NCBI GenBank assembly: GCA_028534125.1
Contig: CM052816.1
Coordinates: 49,850,001-49,914,000, forward strand
Source of the DNA: Lama glama
Lineage: Eukaryota
DNA length: 64,000 nucleotides
Direction: 5' to 3'
The notes under the pieces: model-generated
Told to the model about the DNA's origin: nothing
What the model saw: only the letters and a program-made list of their open reading frames with translations
Database searches by the model: none
Position numbers and translations under genes: made by a program
Shown here: one piece after another, positions 12,769 to 24,222 of the stretch
Numbering within the stretch: the stretch's first letter is position 1
Layout of the letters: every line of letters begins with the position of its first letter

Positions 12769-14694
12769 ATATATGAAAGTTCTTAGTAATTAAATTCTGC
12801 AGGCAAAAGGTGTAAGTTATTCACATTTACCAAAACAAATAATCGTCATTTTTATAGTTACAATTTAATGCAATGGGAATTGATAAATAAATGAAGATAA
12901 GCTAAAAGAAGAAATAAACATTTTGACCTTTAAAGTATTCCCACCAATAATTTATTTTCATTACACTCGGTTTCTTTCCCTGTTTGTTGTCTATTTCTCT
13001 CTCCCTCCCTCCCTCTATTACTCACCCTCTCCTTATTCTTGGACTCATTTCTTTTACTGAACTTCTTCCATTTGTAAATTCAGAAATAGCTGGTTGGGCT
13101 GAAAAATCAAATAACACTTGGAAATGTTTCACTCATCTAAAGCCCTAAGTCTCTGAATTGACTGTTTTGTTTTTTTTTAAGTTTAGAAAACACGTTTTGA
13201 AAGGAGTCATTAACATGCCCCAACTGTCCCACTGTTTCCAACAAGGGGGTCAAAACATAAATGTCAAGTTTAACATACCAAAAAAAAAAAGTTTCATGCA
13301 GCTTTTCCTCCAGCCCACAGGTCTGGAAAAGCCTGCTGCACACAGAACTCCTTTAGTCCTGCTGGTTCCAGGGGCAACAGCCACCCCTGAAGGAGCTATT
13401 CATAGAGTGGCGGGAGCGCATCCCGGTGGCATCTGCCTAACGTCTGCAGTGCCCGGGCTGTGCCAACCCAGCACTTGAGGTCAGAGCCCTCACTGACCCG
13501 CCTGTCAGTTACTCCACCAGGAGGAAGGCCTCACTTAGCCTCACGGGAAAGGTTCTGAAGAAACCGGTTCCGTGGGAGGCTGTAGACAGTGTTACTGTAG
13601 TGCAGTGACGGGTAAATGTGCCGTTTATGGTGGAATTCTTTCCCGGGAATCTCAGAGAAAAAAAGCTACACCTTCTATTTTTCTCTTGCTCTTTCTTATT
13701 CTTGTTTTACCAAAGAAAATATGGTTTAGGTGGGGGGGCAAATCATAATTTGGACATATTGGAAATGGAAAGTTACCATATTTGAAGCTCTACACGTCTT
13801 CACGAAGGGATGTATGGATACTCTTAGATCTGTACAGATACTGTTAGGGTGTGTGTGTATACAAAATCTTTAACACACTCTTTCCCAAGTCATCCTAGAT
13901 GGTAGGATTTTAATCCAGCATCAGAACAGTAGATCTGACTCACCCACAATGAGCAAAACCTCTGGAACCTCTGTGCTCTTCAAATCCCTCCCTTCCGGCT
14001 CACAGACGTCTACGTATACCTCTCTTCCTTTTCTGTCATCTTACGGCACTGATCGTTCCCTCTGTCATTCTGAAAACTAATACCTGGTCTTCTACATCAG
14101 TATCTTTGTAGCTGCTCTTTGACTCTGTCCCAGTAAACTCTGTACTGGAGTCAACAAAATTATTCTTTGTTTCTTGCTCACTTCTTTTACCTACTCCATC
14201 AGTAGGCCACCACCGGGGCTGACCTCACCCTGAGGCTACAGTCTTGTGCTGGGGCCTCGCTCATCCATGTTCACAGGCCTGGATTCCTCAAAACTATGCC
14301 TGGAGGCAATGAATGCCTACTATTCTGTACTCAAAAATCACCTACACATCCAGCTATCGCCCTACCCCTCTCCCCCGCCCATGTTCATCTCTTTTTAAAC
14401 TTTGACCATTTCTTTATTTCTACTGGGCCACTTCTTTTCCTTCCCAGCAAAGTTAGAGGGAAGGTGGTCTTCGTGGCCCCTGCACGCAGAAACTGTTAGT
14501 CCTGCAAATCTGCCACCCTCTCCAAGTCTTGCCTTATCTTTCTCCTAGTCCTCACAGACGCTCACTCAAAGGTCTCCCCCTGCCGGCCCTGCTCGGTAAG
14601 ACAGATCTGACTTGGCAATGGGTAAGCAAAGTACAAGCTTTTGTTCAGGAATCCTTGCTTTGCTACATAGAGACTGTTGCTTGGAGGTGTGAAA

Positions 14695-14695
<1 letters not shown>

Positions 14696-14744
<49 letters not shown>
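14696..14744. repeat. (CA)n microsatellite
   Basis: Directly visible; one interruption. Confidence 0.95.
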
Positions 14745-14747
<3 letters not shown>

Positions 14748-16735
14748 CTGAAATAGCATCTCAAAGAAACAAGTCAGAGAGAAAAGGTCTGTTTGTTCTT
14801 TAAGAGATGGAAGTAATAAGTATCTCTCTTTAAGAGAGAGAATTAATAACTATCTCCCTTTAAGACCCCTTTAGCATAGCACAGACTTTGTCAGATCTCT
14901 TTTAGGCAAGGTTTGTGATTTCACTACTTTTTCCAGTGCTTTATCTTGGAAAATTTTGTCAACAAGCCTGTAAGTCTTAAAAAACTTTTTTGGAAAAAGT
15001 TTAGGAGAGTACATGGCAGTGAGGAGGGGAGGTGGGTGTTAATCCCATCCATGGAGTATGAAGGACTATTCTACACATAGTATGGAAGGAGCCAGGTCAA
15101 GGTGATAATTTCATATTTTGCATGAAGGAGAAACTAACTTGAAGGGAATAAAGACCATAGAAAATAAAGCCCCGTAAAATAAGGCCTCACTGAGGAGGCA
15201 CCACTGGGGTGGGATGGAGGGAGCTGGGAAGGGAAGGGAAACACCCCCAGCGTGAGAAGAAGAGCATGTTTATCAAAAGCAGGAAGAGCTTAAAAATGTT
15301 TGAGAGGCACCAACTACAGCACTGAGTGAGTGAGGTTTTCCCCAGCTCTTAGATTTAGGTGTTTTGCTCCTGGAGTTCCCTGACTAGTACCACACCACCA
15401 GAACCACCACCAACAAAGATTGCAATGAAAGTTCCTGATTCAAGCAATAAAATTCTCTATCCTGTCTGTTCTGGTCCTTTGCAATGATTTCTTCTCTTAA
15501 AGTGTTCCACTGGGGAAGGAGTCAGCCACCTAGAGCTAAGGAAGCCAGCAACTAGGGTGTGTGCGTATGTGTGTGTGCCACACTTAGTGAAGTATACGTC
15601 TTAAATCCCCTTAAAAAAAATTGGAACAGACTGTCACTTTGTTCAGAGGAAGGCTAGGGGTGTAGTGAAAAACTCCTGTTGGTAATCTTTTGGTTTGTAA
15701 GGCATTTTGACCCAGCGAGCTTTTTATCTCTGCCTCAGTGACCTTAACCTTATCAGTCGGCAGGAGCCAGCTGCCTTCCTTCAGGTGCCGCTCGGCCAGA
15801 CACAAAGACAGCCCTCTCCCTTCCTATCACACACTTATCTCAACTTCCTTGGAGTGAGGAAGCTCTCTTGGGCTGTTGACTCTGAGAGGCAGAGGAAAAG
15901 TCTTTGCTTCAAAGATTGAGCTGCTATTTCCTGCAACCAGACCCGCTCAAGCTGGCAGCACACACCGAAGCCTGGGAATCAGAAATTCTTCCATGCTCCG
16001 AATGAAATCTTCACCTATATGGAGTCACCGAAAAGGTGCCCGACCCAGTGTATTTCATTGCAATAGCTGCACACTAATGGAGTTGAAAGCAGATTTAGAA
16101 GTGAGGGATAGACTGAAAGCACAACCTCGTGACTCTGCATGAATTTGACAAGTTTAGACCAGTTTGTTCTAGCTGTGCAGAACCACAGCAATAAACAGGC
16201 CATTCATAAAGCATAGAGTGTGTGTTCATTGTGGCAGCCTATTTTGCTTAAAATCTTTTAAATTATGCCATGAAGAATTTGGGCAGAAAGCCACCACAAG
16301 CCCTCACACTGTCTCAGGGGTGGCCAACATAAAGATATGTGCCAAAAATGCTATGTGGGTTAATTTTAAGTGTCCTCCTCCTCCACCACATTTATGATTT
16401 TACCCACTACCACCTACGAAAAATCTACCTCCAAAATCCCACCGTATGCAGTCCGATGCACATTTTCACAAGAACCAACTATAGTAGAACCTCTTTCTTT
16501 TTCTCAGTCCAATCTGGAGTCATTACTTAGACATCAGCTTATATCCCCCCAGAGCATGTCTTAGTATGCCACAAAAGAAGATACTGAATTCTTGACATTC
16601 TCATTTTATAAGGTCACCAATGCCGGCAATATAATATGATTTTTGAAACAGTCCATTGTGTGAGGCTGTGTAAGAGGTCAAGGAAAAGGAGTATTAATTG
16701 ACAAGTGAATGTTACATAAAATAGAGACGGAGAGC

Positions 16736-16960
16736 TCTAATATTTATTGTACTTACTATGTGCAAGCACTAAAGGAAGATCTTCCACATTCATCTCATTT
16801 AATTCTTAAAGGAGGCCGATGAGGTGACAGCAATATCATCTCCAGGTTAAATATGAGGAAACTACAGTGCAGCAGGTTTAAGTGCCTGCTGCTGTCGAAT
16901 GGAACCAGGCCACCAGCCCACACACTTGGACCTCAGGACTCATATTCTCAACCATTGCAT
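16736..16960 (-). mobile_element. MIR SINE
   Basis: ATTTATTG..CTTACTATGTGC..ATCTCATTTAATTCT..ATGAGGAAACT core in reverse orientation. Confidence 0.75.
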
Positions 16961-17957
16961 TTATGTGGCAATCTTCCATTCCTTCTTTAAACAGCCTGCT
17001 TTCTCCACTCTAAGTTTATTCAGACACCGAAAAAAAAATTATATTCTTGGTTTTCATTTCAAAGTTTATTTTCAAACTCAGTAACTTAAGATGTGTGCAT
17101 TATTTTCTCAAAGGCTCCTGCCTTCATATAACTAGAATTCACCCAAGCCTAGTTCACAGACGCTTCTCATAGGGTAGGGATGTTTGGGGTACACCTCAGA
17201 GCAGTGTTTTTCAGTGGAAATTGTAGATGCTAAGATGTAAAATTCTTCATTCACAAATGTTGAAGACTGGGGAGATTAAGCAATTCTTCGTTTAAGGCTG
17301 AGCATGGGCTAAAGCAGATGAAACCAAATGTACTGGCTGTGACTTCTCACACTCTCACCCAGCGGGACTGCCAGGCAGACTGTCAGAGCAGCAGTGTCAA
17401 AGGGCAGCTGCTGATGTCAGATACGCAGGAAGACATCTCTGCATCCAGTCCAACGAGACATGCCTGTTTCCATGGACGACACTGGCCTAATTCCCTTCAT
17501 ACCCCTAGTGGGCTACTCTGCGGATTTCCTCCTTATCTTTCAAAGTTCTAGAAATACACAATAACGACTGTAAGCCCATCAGGGACTGTTTTTCCAGCTT
17601 GAATCCGGTAAGCAAAGGCATCTGCCCCGTGATGTGTGACTTCCTGGTCTCCCCTCCATCGTCAACGGCATTTCAGTAGGAAAAACCAGAAAGTCCCTCA
17701 GAAATTTCATTCCATTTCTCTTTGCTAACAGAACATCAATTTCATTCAGGGTTCGACTCCTCATGAAAGACAGATTCCTCAGTTTCATGTCCTCCTGATT
17801 ATTCACTGTTTACTTTGCCCGTGGCAAGACTAAAGGTGGGGAGTTAGAGTGGAGTCCACTTCTGGCCAATAACGTGGTTGATGGAATAAACCCCGGGTGA
17901 GGGAGATAAACACAAATAATGCAAGAAATTACAGGAAACGTGTCTCACTCTTTCTCT

Positions 17958-18022
17958 TCACAGACACAGACACAGACAGGGACAGGGACAGACAGACAGA
18001 CAGACACAGACACAGACACACA

Positions 18023-18060
<38 letters not shown>
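17958..18060. repeat. Compound microsatellite (CACAGA)n/(GACA)n/(CA)n
   Basis: Directly visible. Confidence 0.95.
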
Positions 18061-18063
<3 letters not shown>

Positions 18064-18089
18064 CTCTAGAAGCTCTGAGGGAGAAAAAA

Positions 18090-19000
18090 TTAAATCTGCC
18101 AGGGAAAATTGTTGCCAGAAGTCCAAGAAAGCAGCACAGACATGGTAATATTAGAGCTAGACCTTTAGACCTTGAAGGGTGAATTGGAAGCTGTTTTTTA
18201 AAGAGGAAACAGCAATATGTAAAAGCACCAGTGAAATCTGTTTGGTAGAAAGGGAGGACTAACTTGACTGGAGGAGTATATCCATAGGGCAAGTGACAGG
18301 GAATTAAGCTGCAAAAGTAGACTGAACCTAGATTTGAAAGAGTTCTAAATTCCCTCTGTAGAGATATGGACTTACTGTCAATGGGGAGCCAATGAAGCCT
18401 TTTAAATAGGGTGTCTGATAATAGAGGTTTTCCTTCCACAATAAAGGCCAAAATAATTGTGTCCTAAACAACAAGGAAGTTGATCTCTCTCTCACACACA
18501 GATCCGAGCATAAGCAATCCAGTGTTGATAGGGCAGTGTCACGCTGTTGGAGTTCCAGTTCAGATCCTCTTGTATCTTGTTGCTCTGCCATCTTGAACGG
18601 ACACCCTAAATGCTCGATCCAGCCCCCGTGGTCATGTCTGCATCCCAACAGGGAAAGAAAAGGGGCAGGGGAGGACACAGCCTTTCCTTTTCAAGTCCAT
18701 AAACCACAATTTGCACCATCAACTCCTGTCCCCTTGGACAGAATCCAGTCACATGGCCCCACCTAGCTACCAGGGAAGCACAGAAATGTGTTCTTCAGCT
18801 AAAGAGCCATCTCACCTTCAAAAGAATGAAATGATTGACACTGCGTTTGAGAAACATGCTTCTAGAGAGTGAGTAGAGGGTCTGGAGTGAAGGAGGAGAC
18901 CCATTAGGAGACTATGGATCAGCCTGGACATGGGCTGATGAGCTGAATTAAAGCAGTGACTGCAGAAAACAGCGAAGAGGAAGACAGTGATGCAAGCCAG
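18090..19000 (-). mobile_element. Degraded LINE-2 fragments flanking the MLT1 LTR
   Basis: GACCTTGAAGG..., CAATGGGGAGCCAATGAAG..TTTAAATAGGG, then CCATTAGGAGACTAT..GAATTAAAGCAGTG resemble reverse L2 body. Confidence 0.55.
18425..18810 (-). mobile_element. MaLR solo LTR, MLT1J/I-like
   Basis: GAAGTTGATCTCTCTCTCAC..ATCTTGTTGCTCTGCCATC..AGTCACATGGCCCCACCTAGCTACCAGGGAAGC, recalled MLT1J-type motifs. Confidence 0.72.
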
Positions 19001-19970
19001 ACATCAGAAAGACTTGGCAGCTGGCACATCCGGATCCAGGCAACTGTTGCCGAGAGCGTGGCTTCTGCCTACTTCACTGAACTGCTTCACTGAGCAGCAG
19101 CCTGAGAACAGCCACTTCAGGCAATCTCTTTTGTGATCCCAGTTAACTGACATTCTCTTTGGTCACTGGGAGCCCAGTGGCTGTCCCCTTGACTGAGTAT
19201 CACAGCGCCACCGCGAGCCCAACACAGCAGGTGGCTCACGGGCTTGCTTGTGATGAACAGTCATGAGTGGTAGGATTTCCATGCACGTTGCCTTTGGGGC
19301 TCTTCACTCAACAGAGTGATTCTAGCCGAAGTGTTATTTTTCAGACTGACAATGCAATACGCTGTGAATTATAAACTCATAAAGCTTGTGGTTCACCTTC
19401 TTCAGTGAATAGAAGGAAAAACACAACTTTGGGCCAGCTGTCTGATGATTCCTCAGATCTCAATTAAGCACGTACATTCATGTTTCACTGTCAGTGTTAT
19501 TTGGCCAGAAGTCAGGATTTTTCCCCCCACATGTGCACACAAATCAGAATTTTGAATACAGCTATCTTCAAAGGGTTATACACTTTCACACGCCTTCTCA
19601 CACTCATAATGTGTGTTTTTATAACCAGCGTGTTTACATTAACAATGAAGTGAGTTATTTTGATGCTGTAAACAGAAATTCATCTTCAAACATCTAAGAT
19701 TACTATATATATTTAGAAGGTGACACTCAGAGAGGACTTCTCCCTTCAGATAGAGCTTAACCCCTCTCACCCCTACGCAAACAGTTTCTGTTGGCAATAT
19801 GTCCAGGGCAATAATAGCTGGGCTAGTTTGGCTCAAAAGGTTTTCATATCTCTGATCTTCTACTGAATCTGTTCCCTGTGACTATAATACTCTGCTTCAC
19901 TTTTCTTTTTTTTTTTTTTTTTAATCTGGAAGCATCCTACTCGTCCTTAAAGGCCAACCCTAAAAGTCAC

Positions 19971-20347
19971 AGTCTCAGTCAACTGAGGCTGCTATATTAT
20001 ATCATAGACTGGGTACCTGAAACAATAAACATGTATTTCTCACAGTTCCAGAGGCTGGAAAGTCCAAGATGAAGATGCTGACACACGCGGTGTCTGGTGA
20101 GGACCCCCTTCCCCACCAGACACTGCAGAAGAACGTCTCTTGTTGTAGCTACACGTGACGGAGAGCAGAGAGAGGAGGAGCAAGTTCCCTGGGTCTCTAC
20201 CTATGAGGGCACGAATCCCATTCCCAAGGGCTCTATCCTCATGACCTAACTACCTCCCAAAGGCCCCCAACTCCAAATACCATCACATTAAGGGTTAGGA
20301 TCTCAACACATTAATTTTGAGGTGACACAAATATTTAATCCATCACA
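19971..20347 (-). mobile_element. MaLR solo LTR, MLT1A/B-like, with 5-bp TSD
   Basis: TATTTCTCACAGTTCCAGAGGCTGGAAAGTCCAAGAT..CTCATGACCTAA..CCAAATACCATCACATT. TSD GTCAC at 19966-19970 and 20348-20352. Confidence 0.9.
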
Positions 20348-21510
20348 GTCACCTTATCTTCACATCAGACAAATGGATGGTCCAGGAGGATGGGGAAGAT
20401 ATCATGTCTAGCCTCACTGTTCTTTGAATTCCTCATCTGCCATTTCCTTCACTTTGGTAATAATAGCTCCTCAACTTTCAAGACCTTGTCACCAACAAGA
20501 TACATTACTCTGATATTTCCAGATTCAAGATCTCGCTCTCTCTCTCTCACCACCATCTCCCACTTACCAGGTTCTCTCTCCTCCTCATTCTCAGACAATT
20601 GCTCTCTGTTCTCATTCAAACCTTCATTCCCTAAACTGACGAGATTCATTCTCACTAATCTAGACCTTACCTCACCAGCATTCTTGACTCCCCAAACAAA
20701 TATTTGCTGTGTGCCTGACAGTAGTAGATAGAAATATAATTGAATAAATTCTTCTTCCCTCCTGTTTTACCACATCCTTCCAGCACACTGGCCCTGCCAA
20801 TATCTAATCTTCAACTGAGCCCAACATTTCCTCTTCAGAGCCTGTATTTGGACTGACATCACCCCAGGGGGAAGTAACAGATTGCTGCCATGACCAAGTC
20901 TTCACCTCCAGTTCCTTGTGGACTCATAATGCAATGGTGTTCAGTAATCTCTTTGCCTCTCATTGTCAGGTTCCTCTCCTATGCACTACAGTAGTAGTCT
21001 AAATCTAAACCACTGCTGCTTTCCTCAGTCCCTCAGCCCCATCAAGGGCTCCCGTCAAGGGCCCCTCACTCAGAACAGAGAAAACTGACAGCTCCTTGCC
21101 ACCCTCACCCAGCTCCACCTGAGCCCATCAGTGCAGCCTCCCTCCCTTTCACTCTCAGAAGCAGCACTGCTCTTGGCCAAAACCAGCCCTTCCTCTCCTG
21201 TTCTAAATCTACAGATGCCACACTCACATGCATTCCCCTGTACCCCTCTATCACTCCTTTTCTTTCTTTTTCCTCTCTCCTGATCTTAAAATTCTTGGTA
21301 CTATAAAGTGAAAAGATGTAAGTTTTAATGCTAAGTCTCCATTTATTAATCTGTGACATCAGAAAGGGAGTTCTTATCATATCTGTGCCCTGACTTCCTT
21401 CTATATGACAATAATATATTTATTATAGATTTGGTATGAGGGTAACATACAATTACTGGTATAAATGTGCTTATTACCCTATTGGATGTATTAACAACCA
21501 CCTTCACTCC

Positions 21511-22054
21511 TGCTTTCCAGTTCCTACTGCTTTGTAAGAAACCACCCTAAACTCAGTGTTGTAAAGTAATAACCATATTACAATGATCAACTATTTAGCA
21601 AGTAAGTAATTTGAATAAAGCACAGCAAGTAAGGACTGTATCTGCTTCCTGGTGTTGGGGTCATAGTTGGGAAGACCAAAATTGTTTGGGGGTCTTTGAA
21701 AAGCTGGGGCTGGAGAATCTCCTTCTAAGACAGTTTCATCACTCCTGTGCTGGGGCTTTGGCTGGAATGGCTAAAAGACTGGACTTAGAAAGGACTGTTG
21801 GCTGGAGTACCCACACATGGCCTTCTCCAGCATAATGGGTGGCCTCAGGAGAGATAGATTTCTTACATGATGGTTCAGTGTTCCAACAGCACGAAGCAGA
21901 AGCTGCCAAGCAATTATTGACCTAGTGTCAAAAGTCACACATCATCTGTTTTGACAAACTATCATTCAAACCAGTTACAATAACTCCAGATTCAAGATGG
22001 TAGAAAACCTAAGGAGTGTCAAAGAGCATATGGCCAAGTTTCAAAATGGCAACA
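21511..22054 (-). mobile_element. MaLR solo LTR, MLT1H/G-like
   Basis: ACCACCCTAAACTCAGTG..AGCTGGGGCTGGA..CACACATGGCCTTCTCCAGCAT..TTCTTACATG..CCAGATTCAAG. Confidence 0.72.
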
Positions 22055-22089
22055 CCCACCAGCTACTTTAACACATTCTGGAAAATTCA

Positions 22090-22230
22090 CAATGTTTTAA
22101 TCTCCAATTATAACCCTATGAGGTAGACATCACTATATCTATTCTGTGGATGAATAAACAGTCTCAACATGACAAAGGGACCTGCCAGAGGTCAAACAAT
22201 TAGCTAGTGAATAAACCTGGATTTTGAAGC
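22090..22230 (-). mobile_element. MIR SINE
   Basis: AACCCTATGAGGTAG..GATGAATAAAC..TGCCAGAGGTCA..GCTAGTGA. Confidence 0.65.
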
Positions 22231-22627
22231 TCTTCTTATTAAATACTATTCCTAACAAATGTGACTCATTCTCCTTCCCCTACAGTCCTTTCTCTGTCTA
22301 CTGAACTCCCTTAAATTTAAGAAAATTTGCTATGGCCCACCTTAGTGTGTGTATGTGTATTTGTGTGTGTATGTGTGTGAGAGAGACAGACATAGAGAAA
22401 GAAATTTTACTACCAAATTCTTTGAAAGATATACACTTACATCTATTTCTCAACTGAGTCCTAAATCAACATTAAACTGGCCTCTGCCTCTGTCTCATTC
22501 CTCTATCAATGACCATCAGTGATCATCAAATCCAATCTTCAAGTATGTAATGGGTTTGATTAATCCCTTCATAAACTATGTACATAGATTTTTCATTTAC
22601 CAAGTGATTACTCCTCTTTAGGCTTCT

Positions 22628-22735
22628 CATTCATTAATTAAACAAGTATTTATTGAATGTCTGGGCAATGTTTTACGTGATGGAGAGAGCAGTGATCAAG
22701 AGACCTCTGCCTTCATTGAGCTTAATTCTAATGGC
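22628..22735 (-). mobile_element. LINE-2 3' end
   Basis: CATTCATT..AACAAGTATTTATTGAATG..GCAGTGATCAAGA..CTGCCTTCATTGAGCTTAATTCTA. Confidence 0.7.
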
Positions 22736-22803
22736 ATTTCATTACATTACTTATGGACAGCAGACTGTTGTTACTGGTTTTTAAGTTGTTTTGGAGATTT
22801 TTC

Positions 22804-23218
22804 TATATTAGTCCAGGTTCTCCAAAGAAACAGAGCTAACAGGAAGTATGTATATATAGGGAGAAATTTATTTTAAGGAATCAGCTCATGTAACTGTGGA
22901 GACTTGGCAAGTCCCAAACCTGCAGATGAGGCAGGCAGTCTACAGGCCCAGGGAAGAGTCAATGTTGTAGTTCAAGTTCATTCTTCTGGAAGAATTCTCT
23001 CTTCTTCCAGAGAAGTCAGTCTTTATCTATTAAGACCTTCAAATGAAGGAATGAAGCCCAGCCACATTATTAAGGGTAATCGGCTTTATTCAAAATCTAC
23101 TGACATAAATGTTCATCTCATCTAAAAAATACCTTCATAGAACTACCTGGAATAATGTTTGAACAAATACACGGGTACTGTGAACTAGCCAGGATGACCC
23201 ATAAAATTAACCATCCCA
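22804..23218 (-). mobile_element. ERV-L 3' LTR (MLT2 family)
   Basis: TATTAGTCCAGGTTCTCCAAAGAAACAGA..ATTTATTTTAAGGAA..GCTCAT; ends CATAAAATTAACCATCCCA, the reverse of the MLT2 start, abutting a PPT-like GACAAGGGTTGAAC on the minus strand. Confidence 0.88.
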
Positions 23219-24222
23219 AGTTCAACCCTTGTCAACTTGGCATCTAATAAATACATCTCCTTAAATCACACTGAATCTCCAAATAAAGACAAAAGCACGA
23301 TCATACTTCCACCTAACATGATACAAATACCCTGCATACAACTGAAAACACACCAAACCTTTCCACAAACATATTCACAACAAAATAAGGAAGAAATCCT
23401 CAAGACAATTACAGTCCTCATTTCTGTAACCAGTCATGTGGTCATAAATGGTATTTACAACCACCATCCACTGCCCAATCTGTATTCTCTTTGCCCTCAG
23501 CAAGTACTTCAACTGACTGTAATTCTCTCCAGGTGTGGTCACCCAAACTTTTATTCCTGAAGGGTTTAGGACATTAGTAATTTTGCCTGAATTGAGTTAT
23601 GGTTTTTTGCACTGATTTTAATACTGGGCATCGTAATACCAAGGGATACACTAAAGGACTTCCTGTGTTCCAAATACAGTCTTTCTTACTTCCATTATAG
23701 AGCAGAACTCCAATTTCCCTTTGGTAGTCAGGATCAATCACCCCAGCTAGCAGAGTGACTCATTTTTTTGCCTGCTGATTCAAAGAAATGAGAAGCCCAA
23801 AGTGTCCAGGTGACAGTTATAAATTCCAGTTCAATGGAATCACCGTAGTGTCTCCTGGTGGAAGCACTCCTCTGTTTGGAACTAAGACCTATAGGCTAGC
23901 AGAGCATAAAGTTACAGAAACAAGAAACAAAAATTTTGCTAGTGGGTCACTAAGGCTAATAAGGAGTGGTACCACTCCCATTTCCACTCCTTGATTCCTG
24001 GACCTGTGAATCCCAGCTCTGGATACTGCATGCTGACTCAGAGCATACACAGCTTTCTAGAGAACCTCACTCCAGTTCTGCAAGGTACTGCCACCTAACT
24101 GATGTTGTAACTGAGACTTCCAAAGGCCGTTTCACCATTCTACCAAACCAGCTGCTTCAGGATGGCAGAGAACATGATAAGACCAGTGACTTCTATGAGT
24201 GTTGGCCCAATGTCACATCCTA
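23219..24222 (-). mobile_element. ERV-L internal remnant: integrase C-part + dUTPase pseudogene
   Basis: Minus-strand translation gives HWSYHVLCHPEAAGLVEW*NGLWKSQLQHQLGG (integrase), then GVLPPGDTTVIPLNW..PGHFGLL..LAGVIDPDYQREIGVLLYNG (dUTPase motif 3, about 23710-23744). In-frame stops present. Confidence 0.9.

Noticed and set aside
13585..13626. Short hairpins as a miRNA (also 51003-51028)
   Set aside because: Stems too short for a pre-miRNA and no mature sequence I recognise.
17897..18451. ORFs with THTH/CVCV runs (also 10820-11111 and 14529-14759)
   Set aside because: Open frames are produced by CA/GT microsatellites.
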